A stretch of DNA of 64,000 nt from NCBI GenBank assembly GCA_963771175.1, contig CAVYSY010000047.1, positions 1 to 64,000 on the forward strand, given 5' to 3'. The notes under the pieces were generated by a model. That model ran no database searches and had not been told where the DNA came from. It saw only the letters and a list, made by a program, of their open reading frames with translations. This DNA comes from an uncultured delta proteobacterium. GTDB lineage: Bacteria; Myxococcota; Myxococcia; Myxococcales; Myxococcaceae. Below, in pieces: positions 39,760 through 49,878 of the stretch. Position numbers and translations under genes: made by a program. Numbering within the stretch: position 1 is the first letter of the stretch; the number at the start of each line of letters is the position of its first letter.

Positions 39760-40581
39760 ATGTCATTCCAGCGAATCTGGAAGGTGGGCCTCTGCCTCCC
39801 CCTCCTCTCCGTCGGGGTGTTCCATCCCCGGGTGGCTCGGGCCGAGTCCCCCGCCCGGCAAGCCAACGAACTGCAGACGTACCTCCAGGCCGCGCTCCGG
39901 CTGTACGAGAGCCTGGATTACGAACAGGCCCTGGAGAAGCTCGCGCGCGCCAAGGGCTACGTGCGCGACCTGGAGGACGACGCCCTCCTCTCCTTCCATG
40001 AAGGCATCATCCTCTCGGAGCTGAACCGCTGGGAGCAGGCCAAGGCTGCCTTCCGTGCGGGTCTGCTGTTGAAGCCGGAGGCACGGCTTCCGCTGAAGGT
40101 ATCGCCCAAGGTGGAGAAGGAGTTCGAGGTGGTACGCGCCGAGGTGCAGCGGGAGCTGGCCGCGCAGCAGGCCAGACAGGGGCCAGAGGCCCGTCGCCCC
40201 TCGCTGGAACCCACCGTCTCCACTCCCGGCCTCACGGCGACCTCCATGTCGCGCCCCCGGGTGCTCTCCTATGCCCTGATGGGCGGCGGGGTGGCGATGA
40301 CCGGAGCCGGCGTCTACCTGGGCCTGTCCAGCCTCTCCTTCAACGCCCGGAAGCGGGAGATGACGATTGACGAGGCCGTGGGGGCTCGGGCCACGGCCGG
40401 GACCCAACTGACGGTGGGCTCGGTGCTGCTGGGAGCGGGGCTGGCGGCGCTCGGTACCGGCACGGTGCTGCTGCACCTGTCGGAGGGCGGCACTGGAACC
40501 GCCGCTACCGACTCGAAGACCCTTCTGGTCCTGGTCCCCCAGCCCGGCGGCATCGCCCTGGGCTCGGCGGGGAGTTTCTAG
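39760..40581 (+). CDS. Secreted TPR-like protein
   Basis: Signal peptide; LYESLDYEQALEKL...AKAAFRAGLLLKPEARLPLKVSPKV; C-terminal hydrophobic segments ending AGSF. Confidence 0.8.
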   Translation: MSFQRIWKVGLCLPLLSVGVFHPRVARAESPARQANELQTYLQAALRLYESLDYEQALEKLARAKGYVRDLEDDALLSFHEGIILSELNRWEQAKAAFRAGLLLKPEARLPLKVSPKVEKEFEVVRAEVQRELAAQQARQGPEARRPSLEPTVSTPGLTATSMSRPRVLSYALMGGGVAMTGAGVYLGLSSLSFNARKREMTIDEAVGARATAGTQLTVGSVLLGAGLAALGTGTVLLHLSEGGTGTAATDSKTLLVLVPQPGGIALGSAGSF

Positions 40582-40604
40582 CTCTGGCTCCGCTCGAGGA
40601 AGAA

Positions 40605-41897
40605 ATGCGTGCTTGGCTGTTTCGCTGTTGGGGGTTGTGTCTCGTCGTACTGGCGGGCTGTAGCGGGCTGCTGACGGATTACGAGGGCACGCTCTGCAAT
40701 CCGGGGGGCGGCTGTATCGAGGGCTACCACTGCGTGGAGCAGACTGGGCGCTGTGAGCCCGACACGGAGAAAGAGTCCGTGTGCGGCAACGCCACCGTCG
40801 AATTCGCGGGGGGTGAGAAGTGCGACGACGGCAACACGCACTCGGGCGATGGCTGCAGCGCTGACTGCCTGTCCAACGAGCTGTGCGGCAACGGCATCGT
40901 GGACCGGACCGTGGGCGAGGTGTGTGACGACAGGAACACGCGCTCGGGCGACGGCTGCAGCGCCGACTGCCTGTCCACAGAGTTCTGCGGCAACGGCTAT
41001 CTGGACTTCAACAAGGGCGAGCAGTGCGACGACGGCAACGCCGAGAGCGGTGACGGCTGCAGCGGCGACTGCAAGTCCAACGAGACGTGCGGCAACCGCA
41101 TCGTGGACACGGCCAAGGGCGAGGTCTGCGACGATGGCGGCCCCACGAGCGGCGACGGCTGCAGCTCCGACTGCAGGTCCAACGAGACGTGCGGCAACGG
41201 AGTCAAGGACACGGCCAAGGGCGAGGTCTGCGACGACGGCAATACCGTGAGCGGCGACGCCTGCAACTCCGACTGCAAGGGGGGCGCGGGCTGCGGCAAC
41301 GGCGTGCTCGACCCCGGGGAGCAGTGCGACACGGGAGGCCCCCCCTCCGCCACCTGTGACAGCGACTGCACCATCGCCTATTGCGGCGACGGCAGGGTCA
41401 ACACCCCGAGGGGCGAGCAGTGCGACACGGGAGGCAACTCCAAGACCTGTAACGCCGACTGCACCATCGCCTCCTGCGGCGACAGCAGGGTCAACACCGC
41501 GGCGGGCGAGTTCTGTGACGATGGCAACACCGCCAACGAGACCTCGTGCCCCTATGGCACCCGCGAGTGCGCCCGGTGCAACTCCTCCTGCTCGGCGGGA
41601 CTGAACCTCACGGGCCGCTACTGCGGTGACAACATCGCCACGGACAACGAGGCCTGCGACGATGGAAACACCGTCACCGAGACCACGTGCCCCTATGGCA
41701 CCGCCAATTGCGTCACGTGCAACTCCTCCTGCTCGGCGGCACTGTCCCTCACGGGCCGCTACTGCGGCGACGGCAACACCACGGACGCCGAGGCGTGCGA
41801 CGACGGGAACACCGTCACCGAGACCGCGTGCCCCATGGGCGTGCCGAGCTGCACCGTCTGCAACGCGAGCTGCTCCGCCACGGTGAGCCTCCCCTGA
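40605..41897 (+). CDS. Cys-rich repeat lipoprotein, shorter paralog of 36690-39627
   Basis: LAGC lipobox; the same three repeat types in the same order; intact ORF. Confidence 0.9.
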   Translation: MRAWLFRCWGLCLVVLAGCSGLLTDYEGTLCNPGGGCIEGYHCVEQTGRCEPDTEKESVCGNATVEFAGGEKCDDGNTHSGDGCSADCLSNELCGNGIVDRTVGEVCDDRNTRSGDGCSADCLSTEFCGNGYLDFNKGEQCDDGNAESGDGCSGDCKSNETCGNRIVDTAKGEVCDDGGPTSGDGCSSDCRSNETCGNGVKDTAKGEVCDDGNTVSGDACNSDCKGGAGCGNGVLDPGEQCDTGGPPSATCDSDCTIAYCGDGRVNTPRGEQCDTGGNSKTCNADCTIASCGDSRVNTAAGEFCDDGNTANETSCPYGTRECARCNSSCSAGLNLTGRYCGDNIATDNEACDDGNTVTETTCPYGTANCVTCNSSCSAALSLTGRYCGDGNTTDAEACDDGNTVTETACPMGVPSCTVCNASCSATVSLP

Positions 41898-41900
41898 CGG

Positions 41901-41945
41901 AAAAGACGAAGGCCCCCGGAGCGCGTGTCCCCGGAGGCCTTCTTC
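41901..41945. terminator. Hairpin terminator between convergent genes
   Basis: AAAAGAC-GAAGGCCCCCGG...CCGGAGGCCTTC-TTC. Confidence 0.6.
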
Positions 41946-41972
41946 ACTTCAGCTCGGCGTTACGTCAGGGCC

Positions 41973-44225
41973 TCACTGGGCCTTGAGGTCCACACCGGCG
42001 TACGCGGAGTAGCCGCGGAGCATGATGTGGTAGGTGCCCGTGGACGGAGCCGTCAGCGTGCACGTCTCCGAGTTGCCGCTCTTGTAGGGACGGCAGTCGT
42101 ACGAGGTGGTGGTCGGCTGCGTGCCGAACTTCACGTACAGGTCCACGTCGCCCGTGCTGCCCGCCGCGTTCGGGGTGATGGTGATGGACACCGACTGGCC
42201 CGCCGTGGCGTTGTAGGTCCAGTACTGGGTCGAACCAGAAGCACCCGAGATGTTGCTCACGGACAGCGGAGTGCTACCACCCGAGCCCGCCGTGTACGCG
42301 CCCTTCAGGCTCATGCCCGAGGTAGCCGTGTAGCCGTAGATCTTCACGTACCAGGTGCCGGCGCTCGGGGCGGCGAAGGAGCAGCTCTCCGTGTTACCGC
42401 TGAGGTACGGACGGCAGTCATACGCGGTGCTGGTCGGCGCGGCGCCGAACTTCACGTACATGTCGCCGTCACCCGTGCCACCGCTCAGGTCGAACTTCAG
42501 GTTGGTGGAGCCCGCGGGCACGTTCAGCGTGTAGGTGCAGCTCCAGGTAGCCGAGGCCACGGAGATGTTGGACACCGTCCCACCGTTGGTGAGCGCCACC
42601 GGCGACGAGCAGCTCGGCGGCGGAGTGGTGCCGCCGCCCACGCCCACGGCCTCCCAGGTCTTGGTCACAGCGACCTGCTCAGCCGAGCCTGCGCCGTAGA
42701 GCGTGCCAGCGGCCTGCTCCGTGTAGGTCTTCGCCTGGGCGAAGGTGGTGGAGGACGTGAAGAGGTCCACGTTGGCCTTGTAGAAGATGGCACCGGCCTT
42801 CTGCACGCCGAGGCTCGGCACGCTCACGGTCGTCTTGGAGCGCGGGTGCGTGCCGCCCGTGGACAGCAGCTTGAACGCCAGGTTGGCGATGCCCGAGTTC
42901 CAGTGCACGCCGCCGTTGTCGGAGGCGCCCGTGTAGCGCTCGGGGTAGTAGTCCTTCGACGAGCCGTCCTGCGTCGGGTTGCCCATGTAGCGCAGGGCGT
43001 CACCCGCGGTGTTCGGCGTCCACACGTCGTCGCCGATCATCCACACCGCCGAGTCCATCGCCCAGCTCTTCGTCCAGCTCTCGCAGTAGGCGGAGAAGAT
43101 GTCGCTCATGCCCTCGTTGAGCGCGCCGGACTCGTTGGCGTAGGTGAGGTTGGACTCGGAGCTGGTCACCGCGTGCGTCAGCTCGTGCACCGTCACGTCC
43201 AGCGACTTGCCCAGCGGCGCGGACTGCACGCCATCGCTGTCGCCGTACACCATCTGGCTGCCGTTCCAGAAGGCGTTGGTGTAGCTGCTGCTGTAGTGCA
43301 CCGTGCTCTTCAGCTGCGCGCCCGCGTTGTTGTACGAGTTGCGGCCGAAGTTGGTGGAGTAGCAATTGTAGGTGGTGCCCAGGTGGTCGTAGTTCATGTC
43401 CACGTGGGTGTCACCGGTGGCCGCGCCGCCCTCGGAGCGCTTGAGCGAGCCGGGCAGGCTGCTGCCGTTGTTGGCCGAGTACACCGCGCGGTTGAGCACC
43501 GTGTGGATGTCGGTGGCGCGGCCGAGCACGGCGCCGTCGCGGGCGCTCACGAACACGTGGTCACGGATGGGCAGCGCGGCGCCCTCGCCCGCCACCACCA
43601 CCTCGTAGGCCAGCTTCAGGCGGTTGTCGCCCTCGGTGCGGTAATAGACGAGCTTCGCGCCCTCGGCGGACAGGCCCGTGCCCTCGGTGGCGCGCAGGGC
43701 CGCCTGCGTGGCCGCCTCGGGGGAGAGACGCGCCTGGGCCGACACGCTCTCGCCGTCGCGGGCCGAGCCGTTGGCGGCGTAGATGCGGCCGTCCTGGTCC
43801 ACGTGGACGATGAGCTCCTGGCCCACCACCTCCAGACCGTTCTTCGTCTGGGCATAACGGAGGTGGGTGTGACCCTGCTCATCCACGGTGGTGCGCAGCA
43901 CCACCAGGTCCGCCGCCTGGAGACGGAAGATGGGAGCAATCCGGTTGAGCGCCTCGCCCACGCGGGCGTGCGCGTCGCGGGCCGCGAAGCCACGCAGCGA
44001 CTGGCCGGTGGAGCCGAAGTCACCGCGCACGAAGTAGGGCACCTCGTCCGCGTGCTTGCCGAGGACCTCGGAGCCGGGAATGGCACTCAGAGCGGCCTTC
44101 ACATCGGAAGTGGACAGGGTGCCGATGTCGGCACTCTCCGTCAGCGCCTCGTTCGAGCCCTCCACACCACACGCCGCCAGGGGCAGGGCAAGGAGAGCAG
44201 CAGCCAGGAAACGATTGCGGACCAA
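41973..44225 (-). CDS. M4 (thermolysin-like) metalloprotease lipoprotein with FTP/PepSY propeptide and two PPC domains
   Basis: LAAC lipobox; NAFWNG, VHELTH, ESGALNEGMSD, DNGGVHWNSG; TTG start with AGGAGG 5 nt upstream. Confidence 0.95.
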   Translation of the reverse strand: MVRNRFLAAALLALPLAACGVEGSNEALTESADIGTLSTSDVKAALSAIPGSEVLGKHADEVPYFVRGDFGSTGQSLRGFAARDAHARVGEALNRIAPIFRLQAADLVVLRTTVDEQGHTHLRYAQTKNGLEVVGQELIVHVDQDGRIYAANGSARDGESVSAQARLSPEAATQAALRATEGTGLSAEGAKLVYYRTEGDNRLKLAYEVVVAGEGAALPIRDHVFVSARDGAVLGRATDIHTVLNRAVYSANNGSSLPGSLKRSEGGAATGDTHVDMNYDHLGTTYNCYSTNFGRNSYNNAGAQLKSTVHYSSSYTNAFWNGSQMVYGDSDGVQSAPLGKSLDVTVHELTHAVTSSESNLTYANESGALNEGMSDIFSAYCESWTKSWAMDSAVWMIGDDVWTPNTAGDALRYMGNPTQDGSSKDYYPERYTGASDNGGVHWNSGIANLAFKLLSTGGTHPRSKTTVSVPSLGVQKAGAIFYKANVDLFTSSTTFAQAKTYTEQAAGTLYGAGSAEQVAVTKTWEAVGVGGGTTPPPSCSSPVALTNGGTVSNISVASATWSCTYTLNVPAGSTNLKFDLSGGTGDGDMYVKFGAAPTSTAYDCRPYLSGNTESCSFAAPSAGTWYVKIYGYTATSGMSLKGAYTAGSGGSTPLSVSNISGASGSTQYWTYNATAGQSVSITITPNAAGSTGDVDLYVKFGTQPTTTSYDCRPYKSGNSETCTLTAPSTGTYHIMLRGYSAYAGVDLKAQ

Positions 44226-44393
44226 GGGGACCTCCTGCTGGCCGGTGACGAGGATGCCACCGCAGCCGGGGGGTGCTTTCAGCAGGATGCATGCCGTTCC
44301 ATGAAGGCACGACCTCCCTCGGAGCCCGTCTTTACAGGGAGTGCGAGTGGAGCATGGGTGTCCCACGCCCCGGCGGCCCGATGTATGTAAACC

Positions 44394-44410
44394 TTACAAG
44401 AACGGTGCCA
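44394..44410 (-). promoter_or_regulatory. Candidate sigma-54 promoter upstream of the M4 protease gene
   Basis: Minus strand TGGCAC-CGTTC-TTGTAA has -24/-12 spacing with one deviation (TTGT for TTGC); overlaps the palindrome TGTAA-ACC-TTACA. Confidence 0.45.
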
Positions 44411-44751
44411 CGGGCCTGAAAAGACAAGAGTTTCTGACTCTCGTGCTGGCTGTCCTGAATGAATACACCCCAGGCTGGGAGGTGGTTCATTTCAACACAA
44501 ACAACCACTCAGGCGCTCGCATGCCCGTCTGGCCAATGCACGACCTGCACCACTATTCCCAGATTATCACATCTCGCGCGTGCATCGAAGCCCCCCAAGC
44601 CGCTCCGGCGCGTTGGAGAAGGCACACTGCGGCCAGGAGAGCGAGGGCCCAACCTCCCGATTCATTTGACTTTGCTCCTTCTGCGGAAGAATGGATGCGG
44701 CGCGTCGGCGGTATGCTGGGGCGTTCCCTCACCTCACTTCACCAGGTCTCC

Positions 44752-45472
44752 ATGACGTCATTCTTCCTCCTGGCCCAGATGGGCAACGAGCATGTCGGTT
44801 GGCTCAGCCACAAGCTGCTCAGCGTGACGCTCTCCAGCGCCGAGTGGGTGCTGTGGCTGCTCGTCGTGCTCTCCGTCGCTCTCGATCGCGGTGATGCTGG
44901 AGCGGGCCGTCTACTTCGCCACGCACCGGCTGCCGAACTCCGAGGAGCTGGCGCTGCAGCTGGCGCGCGGCGAGTTCGACGGCGGTGACGAAGGCGCCGT
45001 GGGCGACCACAAGGGCATGGAGGCCGCGGTGATCCGCGAGGCGCTCGCCGCGGTCGCGCAGGGCCCGGACTCGGTGGAGGAGGTCATCGCCTCCACGGTG
45101 GCGCGCGAGCGCCCGCAGTACGAGCGCTTCCTCTCCTTCCTGGGCACGCTGGGCAACAACGCCCCCTTCATCGGCCTGTTCGGCACGGTGCTCGGCATCA
45201 TCAAGGCCTTCCACGACCTGGGCGCAGGTGGGCGCCAAGGGCGCGGCCGTCCAGCAGACGGTGATGGCGGGCATCTCCGAGGCGCTGGTGGCCACGGCGG
45301 TGGGCCTCGCGGTGGCCATCCCCGCGGTGGTGGCCTTCAACGTCTTCAACCGCCAGCTCAAGACGCTCACCGCGCGCACCAACGCGCTGGGCCACGCGCT
45401 GGTGGCGCCTGCGCCCAGGCCACGCGCGGCGAGTCCGGTCCGCGCGCCGTGGCAGCCGGGGAGGCTCGCTAG
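44752..45472 (+). CDS. exbB: MotA/TolQ/ExbB proton channel protein (frameshifted)
   Basis: [43 protein letters not shown]. Confidence 0.9.
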
Positions 45473-45474
45473 CC

Positions 45475-45917
45475 ATGGCCGGCGGCGCGCAGGACGAAGC
45501 GACGAGGAGATCACCGGCATCAACGTCACCCCGCTGGTGGACATCGTGCTGGTGCTGCTCATCATCTTCATGGTGACGGCGAACTTCATCGTGCGCGAGA
45601 CGGTGGAGGTCGACCTGCCCCGCGCGGCCAACGGCGGCGAGACGGTGCAGGGCCTGGTCAACGTGGTGCTGGACAAGGACGGGCAAGCTCTTCTTCGACG
45701 GCGCCGAGGTGACGCGAGGACGAGCTGCAGGCGCAAGGTGGTCGAGGCGCTGGAGAAGGACAAGGACACGCGCGCCATCATCAGCGCCGACCAGACGCTG
45801 AACTACGGCACAGGTGATGCACCTCATCGACGTGGTGAAGGGCCAGGGCATCGCCAAGTTCGCGCTCAACATCCAGAAGGACGCGGCGCCCGCGGCTGCG
45901 CCCGCGGCCGCGCCTGA
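45475..45917 (+). CDS. exbD: ExbD/TolR family protein (frameshifted)
   Basis: INVTPLVDIVLVLLIIFMVT, VDLPRA, IISADQ...YG.VMHLIDVVK. Confidence 0.9.
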
Positions 45918-45934
45918 ACGGGCGCCTCAAGGCC

Positions 45935-46745
45935 ATGAGCCAGGCCGCGCTCGACGAGGCCCGCTGTCCAGTCCCGCCGCGACGCGCTCGTCGCTGGCGG
46001 TGCTGCTGTTCCTGCTCGTGTCCCTCGGGGTGCACGGCGTGGGCTTCGTCCTGCTCTCGCGCATGCAGGAGCGCACGCCCGCGCCATGGTGCAGCGCCCG
46101 GTGGAGCTGGTGATGGTGGAGGTGCAGAAGCCGCCCCCGCCGCCGCCTCCGCCGAAGGAGGAGCCCAAGCCCGAGCCGCCTCCAAGCCGAAGGTGGCCCC
46201 GCAAGCCGCCGCCGGTGAAGGTGGCCAGGCGGAGAAGCCGCCTCCGCCGCCGCCGGACGACGCGCCGCCGCCGCCCAACGACACGCCTCCGCCCGAGCCG
46301 CCCTCGAAGCCGGTGCCGCTGGTGGTGGGCATCTCCATGTCCTCCACCACGAGCGCGGGCGGTTTCGCCGCGCCGGTGGGCAACACCGTCTACGGCAAGA
46401 CCGCGGACAAGGCGACGGACCCCAAGGAGGTGAAGGCCTACTCGGCGCCCAAGTACATGCCGGTGTACCAGGTGGACTCCGAGCCTCGGGTGGCCGGCGG
46501 AGGTGAAGATTCCCTACCCCGACGAGGCCCGGCGCGCGGGCATCGAGGGCCCGGTGGTGCTCTCCATCACCGTCGACAACGAGGGCCGCGTGGTGAAGGC
46601 CGTCAAGGTCATCACCGGCCCCGGCTACGGGCTCAACGAGGCGGCGCGCGACGCCCTGCTGCGCTTCCGCTTCAAGCCGGCCATCAAGAACGGCGAGGCC
46701 GTCTCCACGGAGATGAAGTACACGTACACGTTCCTCCTGGATTGA
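45935..46745 (+). CDS. tonB: TonB family energy transducer (frameshifted)
   Basis: TM with SxxxH (VSLGVH), Pro-rich linker, YPDEARRAGIEG.VVLSITVD...FKPAIKNG. Confidence 0.9.
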
Positions 46746-46758
46746 TCGAGGTTGCCGG

Positions 46759-47098
46759 ATGACGCTCTCCACCGAAGACCGCTTCAACATCGAGGTCATC
46801 AAGCTGCTGCTCCAGGTCGCCTGGGTCGACCGCGAGCTCTCCCAGTCCGAGCGCCTGGTCATCATGGGCCTGGGCCGGAGCTGGAGCGTGCCCGAGGGGG
46901 AGCTGAACACCCTGCTGGACGTCCTCAAGGCCGGCGGCAGCCATGCCCGAGCCCGACCTGGAGGTGCTGCGCACGCGCCCGGACGACGTCCTGGAGGCCG
47001 CGCGCGCGATGTGCGTCTCCGACGGTCAGCTCGCCCAGGGCGAGAAGGCCCTGCTCGAGCGCATCACCGGCCTGCTCGGCGCCCCGAAGCAGGGCTGA
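46759..47098 (+). CDS. Small TerB-like hypothetical protein (frameshifted)
   Basis: LLLQVAWVDRELSQSE ... MCVSDGQLAQGEKALLERITGLLG; two AxxD..E metal-binding-like motifs. Confidence 0.65.
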
Positions 47099-47122
47099 GC
47101 CAAGCGGAGGCCCGGGCGGGGC

Positions 47123-47542
47123 TCAGGCCACCGCCGGCTTCGCCGTGGGCGCCAGGTGCACGTTGATGTTCTGCGTGCCCGTCACCCCCAGGAACGTCTC
47201 CACGCTGCCCTTGCCGCCCTGCTCGAAGGTGATGACCTGCGAGCGCGAGCCGTACTTCGCCTCGATGGTCAGCTTGTTGCTGGTGGCGGTGTACGTGGCC
47301 TGCGCCGCCCTGTTGCCGTTGAGGCTGAGCTCGGCCTTGCCATCCTCGAGCAGCTTCAGCGTGAGCGACAGTTCCCCCTTGTAGAAGACCGTGTCGATCT
47401 TCCCCTTGAAGGCCGCCTGGGTGGAGCCCAGGTCCAGGAACTCGCCGCTGCCCACGTTCACGAAGAAGAGAACCTGTGCGAGGACGTTCAGCTTCGTGCC
47501 CGCCGCGGTGCCACGCCCGATGAAGTTGCGAAGGTCGACCAT
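47123..47542 (-). CDS. Hypothetical protein (139 aa, beta-rich)
   Basis: Intact ORF with G/C-ending codon bias; no recognisable motif. Confidence 0.7.
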   Translation of the reverse strand: MVDLRNFIGRGTAAGTKLNVLAQVLFFVNVGSGEFLDLGSTQAAFKGKIDTVFYKGELSLTLKLLEDGKAELSLNGNRAAQATYTATSNKLTIEAKYGSRSQVITFEQGGKGSVETFLGVTGTQNINVHLAPTAKPAVA

Positions 47543-47728
47543 GTTGTGCTCGTACGATGTCGCGATGAGAAGCGGGCTTCAGCTCCCGCCAGGATCGCGC
47601 GCATCGTAAGCGAGGCCCCCCGCCCCCGCCGGGCTTTCACACCGGGCGGCGACCCGCGCCGGGAGGGCCGCCTGCTCTGGGAGCGGGCCTCGCGCGCCCG
47701 CTCGCCCACCAGGGACCCACCGGCTCAC

Positions 47729-48349
47729 TCACTGGACATCGGCCTTCCCGCCCAGGGCCACGTTGCGCGGCCGGGCGAAGCGGGCCAGCGAGACGGTGGG
47801 CGAGTAGGTGTTCGTCGTGTTCACCAGCATCAGCGTCATCAGCGCGGCCCTCTCGCCGAGCGGTCGCTCCATCAGGGGCGCGGGGAAGGCCACCTGGAGA
47901 TCCGCCTCCAACGGCCCGCCGCAGCTCCGCCGCCCCGAGTACCCGGCCTCGGTGCGCTTGAGGACGTAGCCGCAGCCCCCCACGTGACCGTGGAGCCAGT
48001 CCTTCTCCACGATGAAGTCCACCGACGCGCCGCCGAAGATGCCCGAGACGCGCGTGTCATCGCCCTCGGCGAGCTCCAGGTACGTGCCGCAGTTCCCCAC
48101 CGCCCCGGAGATCTCCTGGTAGTTCCACTTCAGGGACACCGGCATGTCGCGGAAGCGGCCACGCATCGCGTCATCCGAGACGACCAGGGACGAGGTGGGG
48201 CCGGTGATCGCCGAGCCCTGAACCAGGAGCGGCTCGCCCGCGGGCTGTCCCAGGGGTAGCGCCGGCTCTCCAGCGCGTGAAGCGGAACCGGTGCTCGCAC
48301 AACCAGCGCCGAGGATGATGAGACTCGACAGCAACATCAGACGCGACAT
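47729..48349 (-). CDS. Hypothetical lipoprotein
   Basis: MSRLMLLSSLIILGAGC lipobox; intact ORF. Confidence 0.78.
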   Translation of the reverse strand: MSRLMLLSSLIILGAGCASTGSASRAGEPALPLGQPAGEPLLVQGSAITGPTSSLVVSDDAMRGRFRDMPVSLKWNYQEISGAVGNCGTYLELAEGDDTRVSGIFGGASVDFIVEKDWLHGHVGGCGYVLKRTEAGYSGRRSCGGPLEADLQVAFPAPLMERPLGERAALMTLMLVNTTNTYSPTVSLARFARPRNVALGGKADVQ

Positions 48350-48530
48350 GACAGACCCCTGGGTATCTGGAGGTTTCACCCGGAGAACGCAGGGGCGGGA
48401 AACGGCATATCGGCGGGCCCCGGCGCGAAAAAAATTCGGGGAAATACGGAATGAAATCCGGCACGCAACTCACCGCCTACCCGCGCGGACAATTCAGCAG
48501 TCCATCCCCTCAAGCGCCCCGAGGTCCCCC

Positions 48531-49580
48531 ATGTCCAACATTTCTCGCGCCTCCCGCTCCCCGGCCCACGGTGGCCTGTCCCGAGCCCAAGGCCACGACA
48601 AGACCCACGGGCCGCACCACGAGAAGCACGCCCACAAGGCCGGCTCCCGCGAGGACAAGCTCCAGCGGCTGGCCGAGGCCCTCAAGCAGGACGGAGCCGG
48701 GCGTGCCGGTGAGGCGAACGGCAAGAAGGGGCACAAGTACGAGGCCGACCAGGGCGACACCCTCAAGCTCATCGCCGAGCTGCTCAAGTCCCTGGGCTTC
48801 CCGGGCTCGGTCGAGGACATCGTCAACCAACTCAAGTCCCTCAACCCCCAGCTCAAGGACGGGAAGCTGAACGCGGGTCAGCCGCTGCGCCTGCCCAGCC
48901 CGGGCGGCATCAACGGGGACAGCACCTTCACCCCGGCGCCGAGCCGCTCCGGTCCGGACCTCGGCAGCCCCGTCTCCTCCGCTCCGGCGGCGCCCTCGAC
49001 CAGCCCGTCCTCGCCGCTGTCGGGCACCTCCGGCTCCGCCCCCATCTCCGGCGGCCAGCACGTGGTGGGCCGTGACCTGCCCTACATCAGCCAGCTCAAC
49101 CCGGTGGGCGCGGAGGGCGGCTACACCAACGGCGCCATGAACTGCGGCCCGACCGCCATGGCGATGATCGCCCGCGGCATGGGCTTCGGCGAGGGCATGA
49201 CGGATGCCCAGCTCATCAACTACCTGGGCCAGATGGGCGGGACGACGGCCGGGGGCACCACCACCAACGGTATCGCCGCCATGGCCCAGGCCATGGGCAC
49301 CAACGCGCAGATCCACCAGGGCACGGACGTGTCGTGGATGGCGGAGCAGCTCCGCCAGGGCAAGCAGGTCGTCGCGCTCGGTGACTACCACGCCATGCCG
49401 CCGCACCAGGACGAGTCCCGCACCTCCGGCCACTTCGTGACCGTCACCGGCATGGACGCCAACGGCAACTTCCTGGTGCGCGACCCGGCCGACCCGAACG
49501 TGCGCACCGTCAGCCCCGAGCAGATGGCCCACTTCCTCGGCTCGCACGAGGCCGGTGGCCACCAGATTGCGGTCGGCTGA
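48531..49580 (+). CDS. LysM-like + C39-like (papain-fold) peptidase domain protein
   Basis: YEADQGDTLKLIA...LNPQL...LNAGQPLRLP (LysM-like); LPYISQ, NCGPTAMAM, GHFVTVTG, VRDPA (Cys-His-Asp triad). Confidence 0.82.
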   Translation: MSNISRASRSPAHGGLSRAQGHDKTHGPHHEKHAHKAGSREDKLQRLAEALKQDGAGRAGEANGKKGHKYEADQGDTLKLIAELLKSLGFPGSVEDIVNQLKSLNPQLKDGKLNAGQPLRLPSPGGINGDSTFTPAPSRSGPDLGSPVSSAPAAPSTSPSSPLSGTSGSAPISGGQHVVGRDLPYISQLNPVGAEGGYTNGAMNCGPTAMAMIARGMGFGEGMTDAQLINYLGQMGGTTAGGTTTNGIAAMAQAMGTNAQIHQGTDVSWMAEQLRQGKQVVALGDYHAMPPHQDESRTSGHFVTVTGMDANGNFLVRDPADPNVRTVSPEQMAHFLGSHEAGGHQIAVG

Positions 49581-49602
49581 GCGCATCCTCTAGGGTTGGC
49601 CC

Positions 49603-49821
49603 ATGACCACCCAGAAGAACGCGGCGAACAAAGAGGTGTGCCTCTCCTGTAAGCGGGAGGCCTCACCCCAGCTTATCGGTGCCTGGTACAACGCCAAGGG
49701 CTCCAACGGGATGCTCGTCTCCTTCTGGATGTGCAACCCGTGCGCGATTCCCCTCGGCGTGAGCCAGGGCGCCATCGACATGGAAGGCGTGGGAAAGCCC
49801 GCCGCCGGTCAGAAGAAGTAA
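49603..49821 (+). CDS. Small putative Zn-ribbon protein
   Basis: 72 aa with CLSC and CNPC. Confidence 0.6.
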   Translation: MTTQKNAANKEVCLSCKREASPQLIGAWYNAKGSNGMLVSFWMCNPCAIPLGVSQGAIDMEGVGKPAAGQKK

Positions 49822-49878
49822 CGCGCCCCGCCCGGGCTCAGCGCCGGTGCCGCTCCACGCGTACCGCGGAGCGGCCCG

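Noticed and set aside
44450..44750. Possible cobalamin riboswitch or Fur box upstream of exbB-exbD-tonB
   Set aside because: No B12-box or GATAATGAT-like core was recognisable by eye; an Rfam scan would be needed to exclude it fully.
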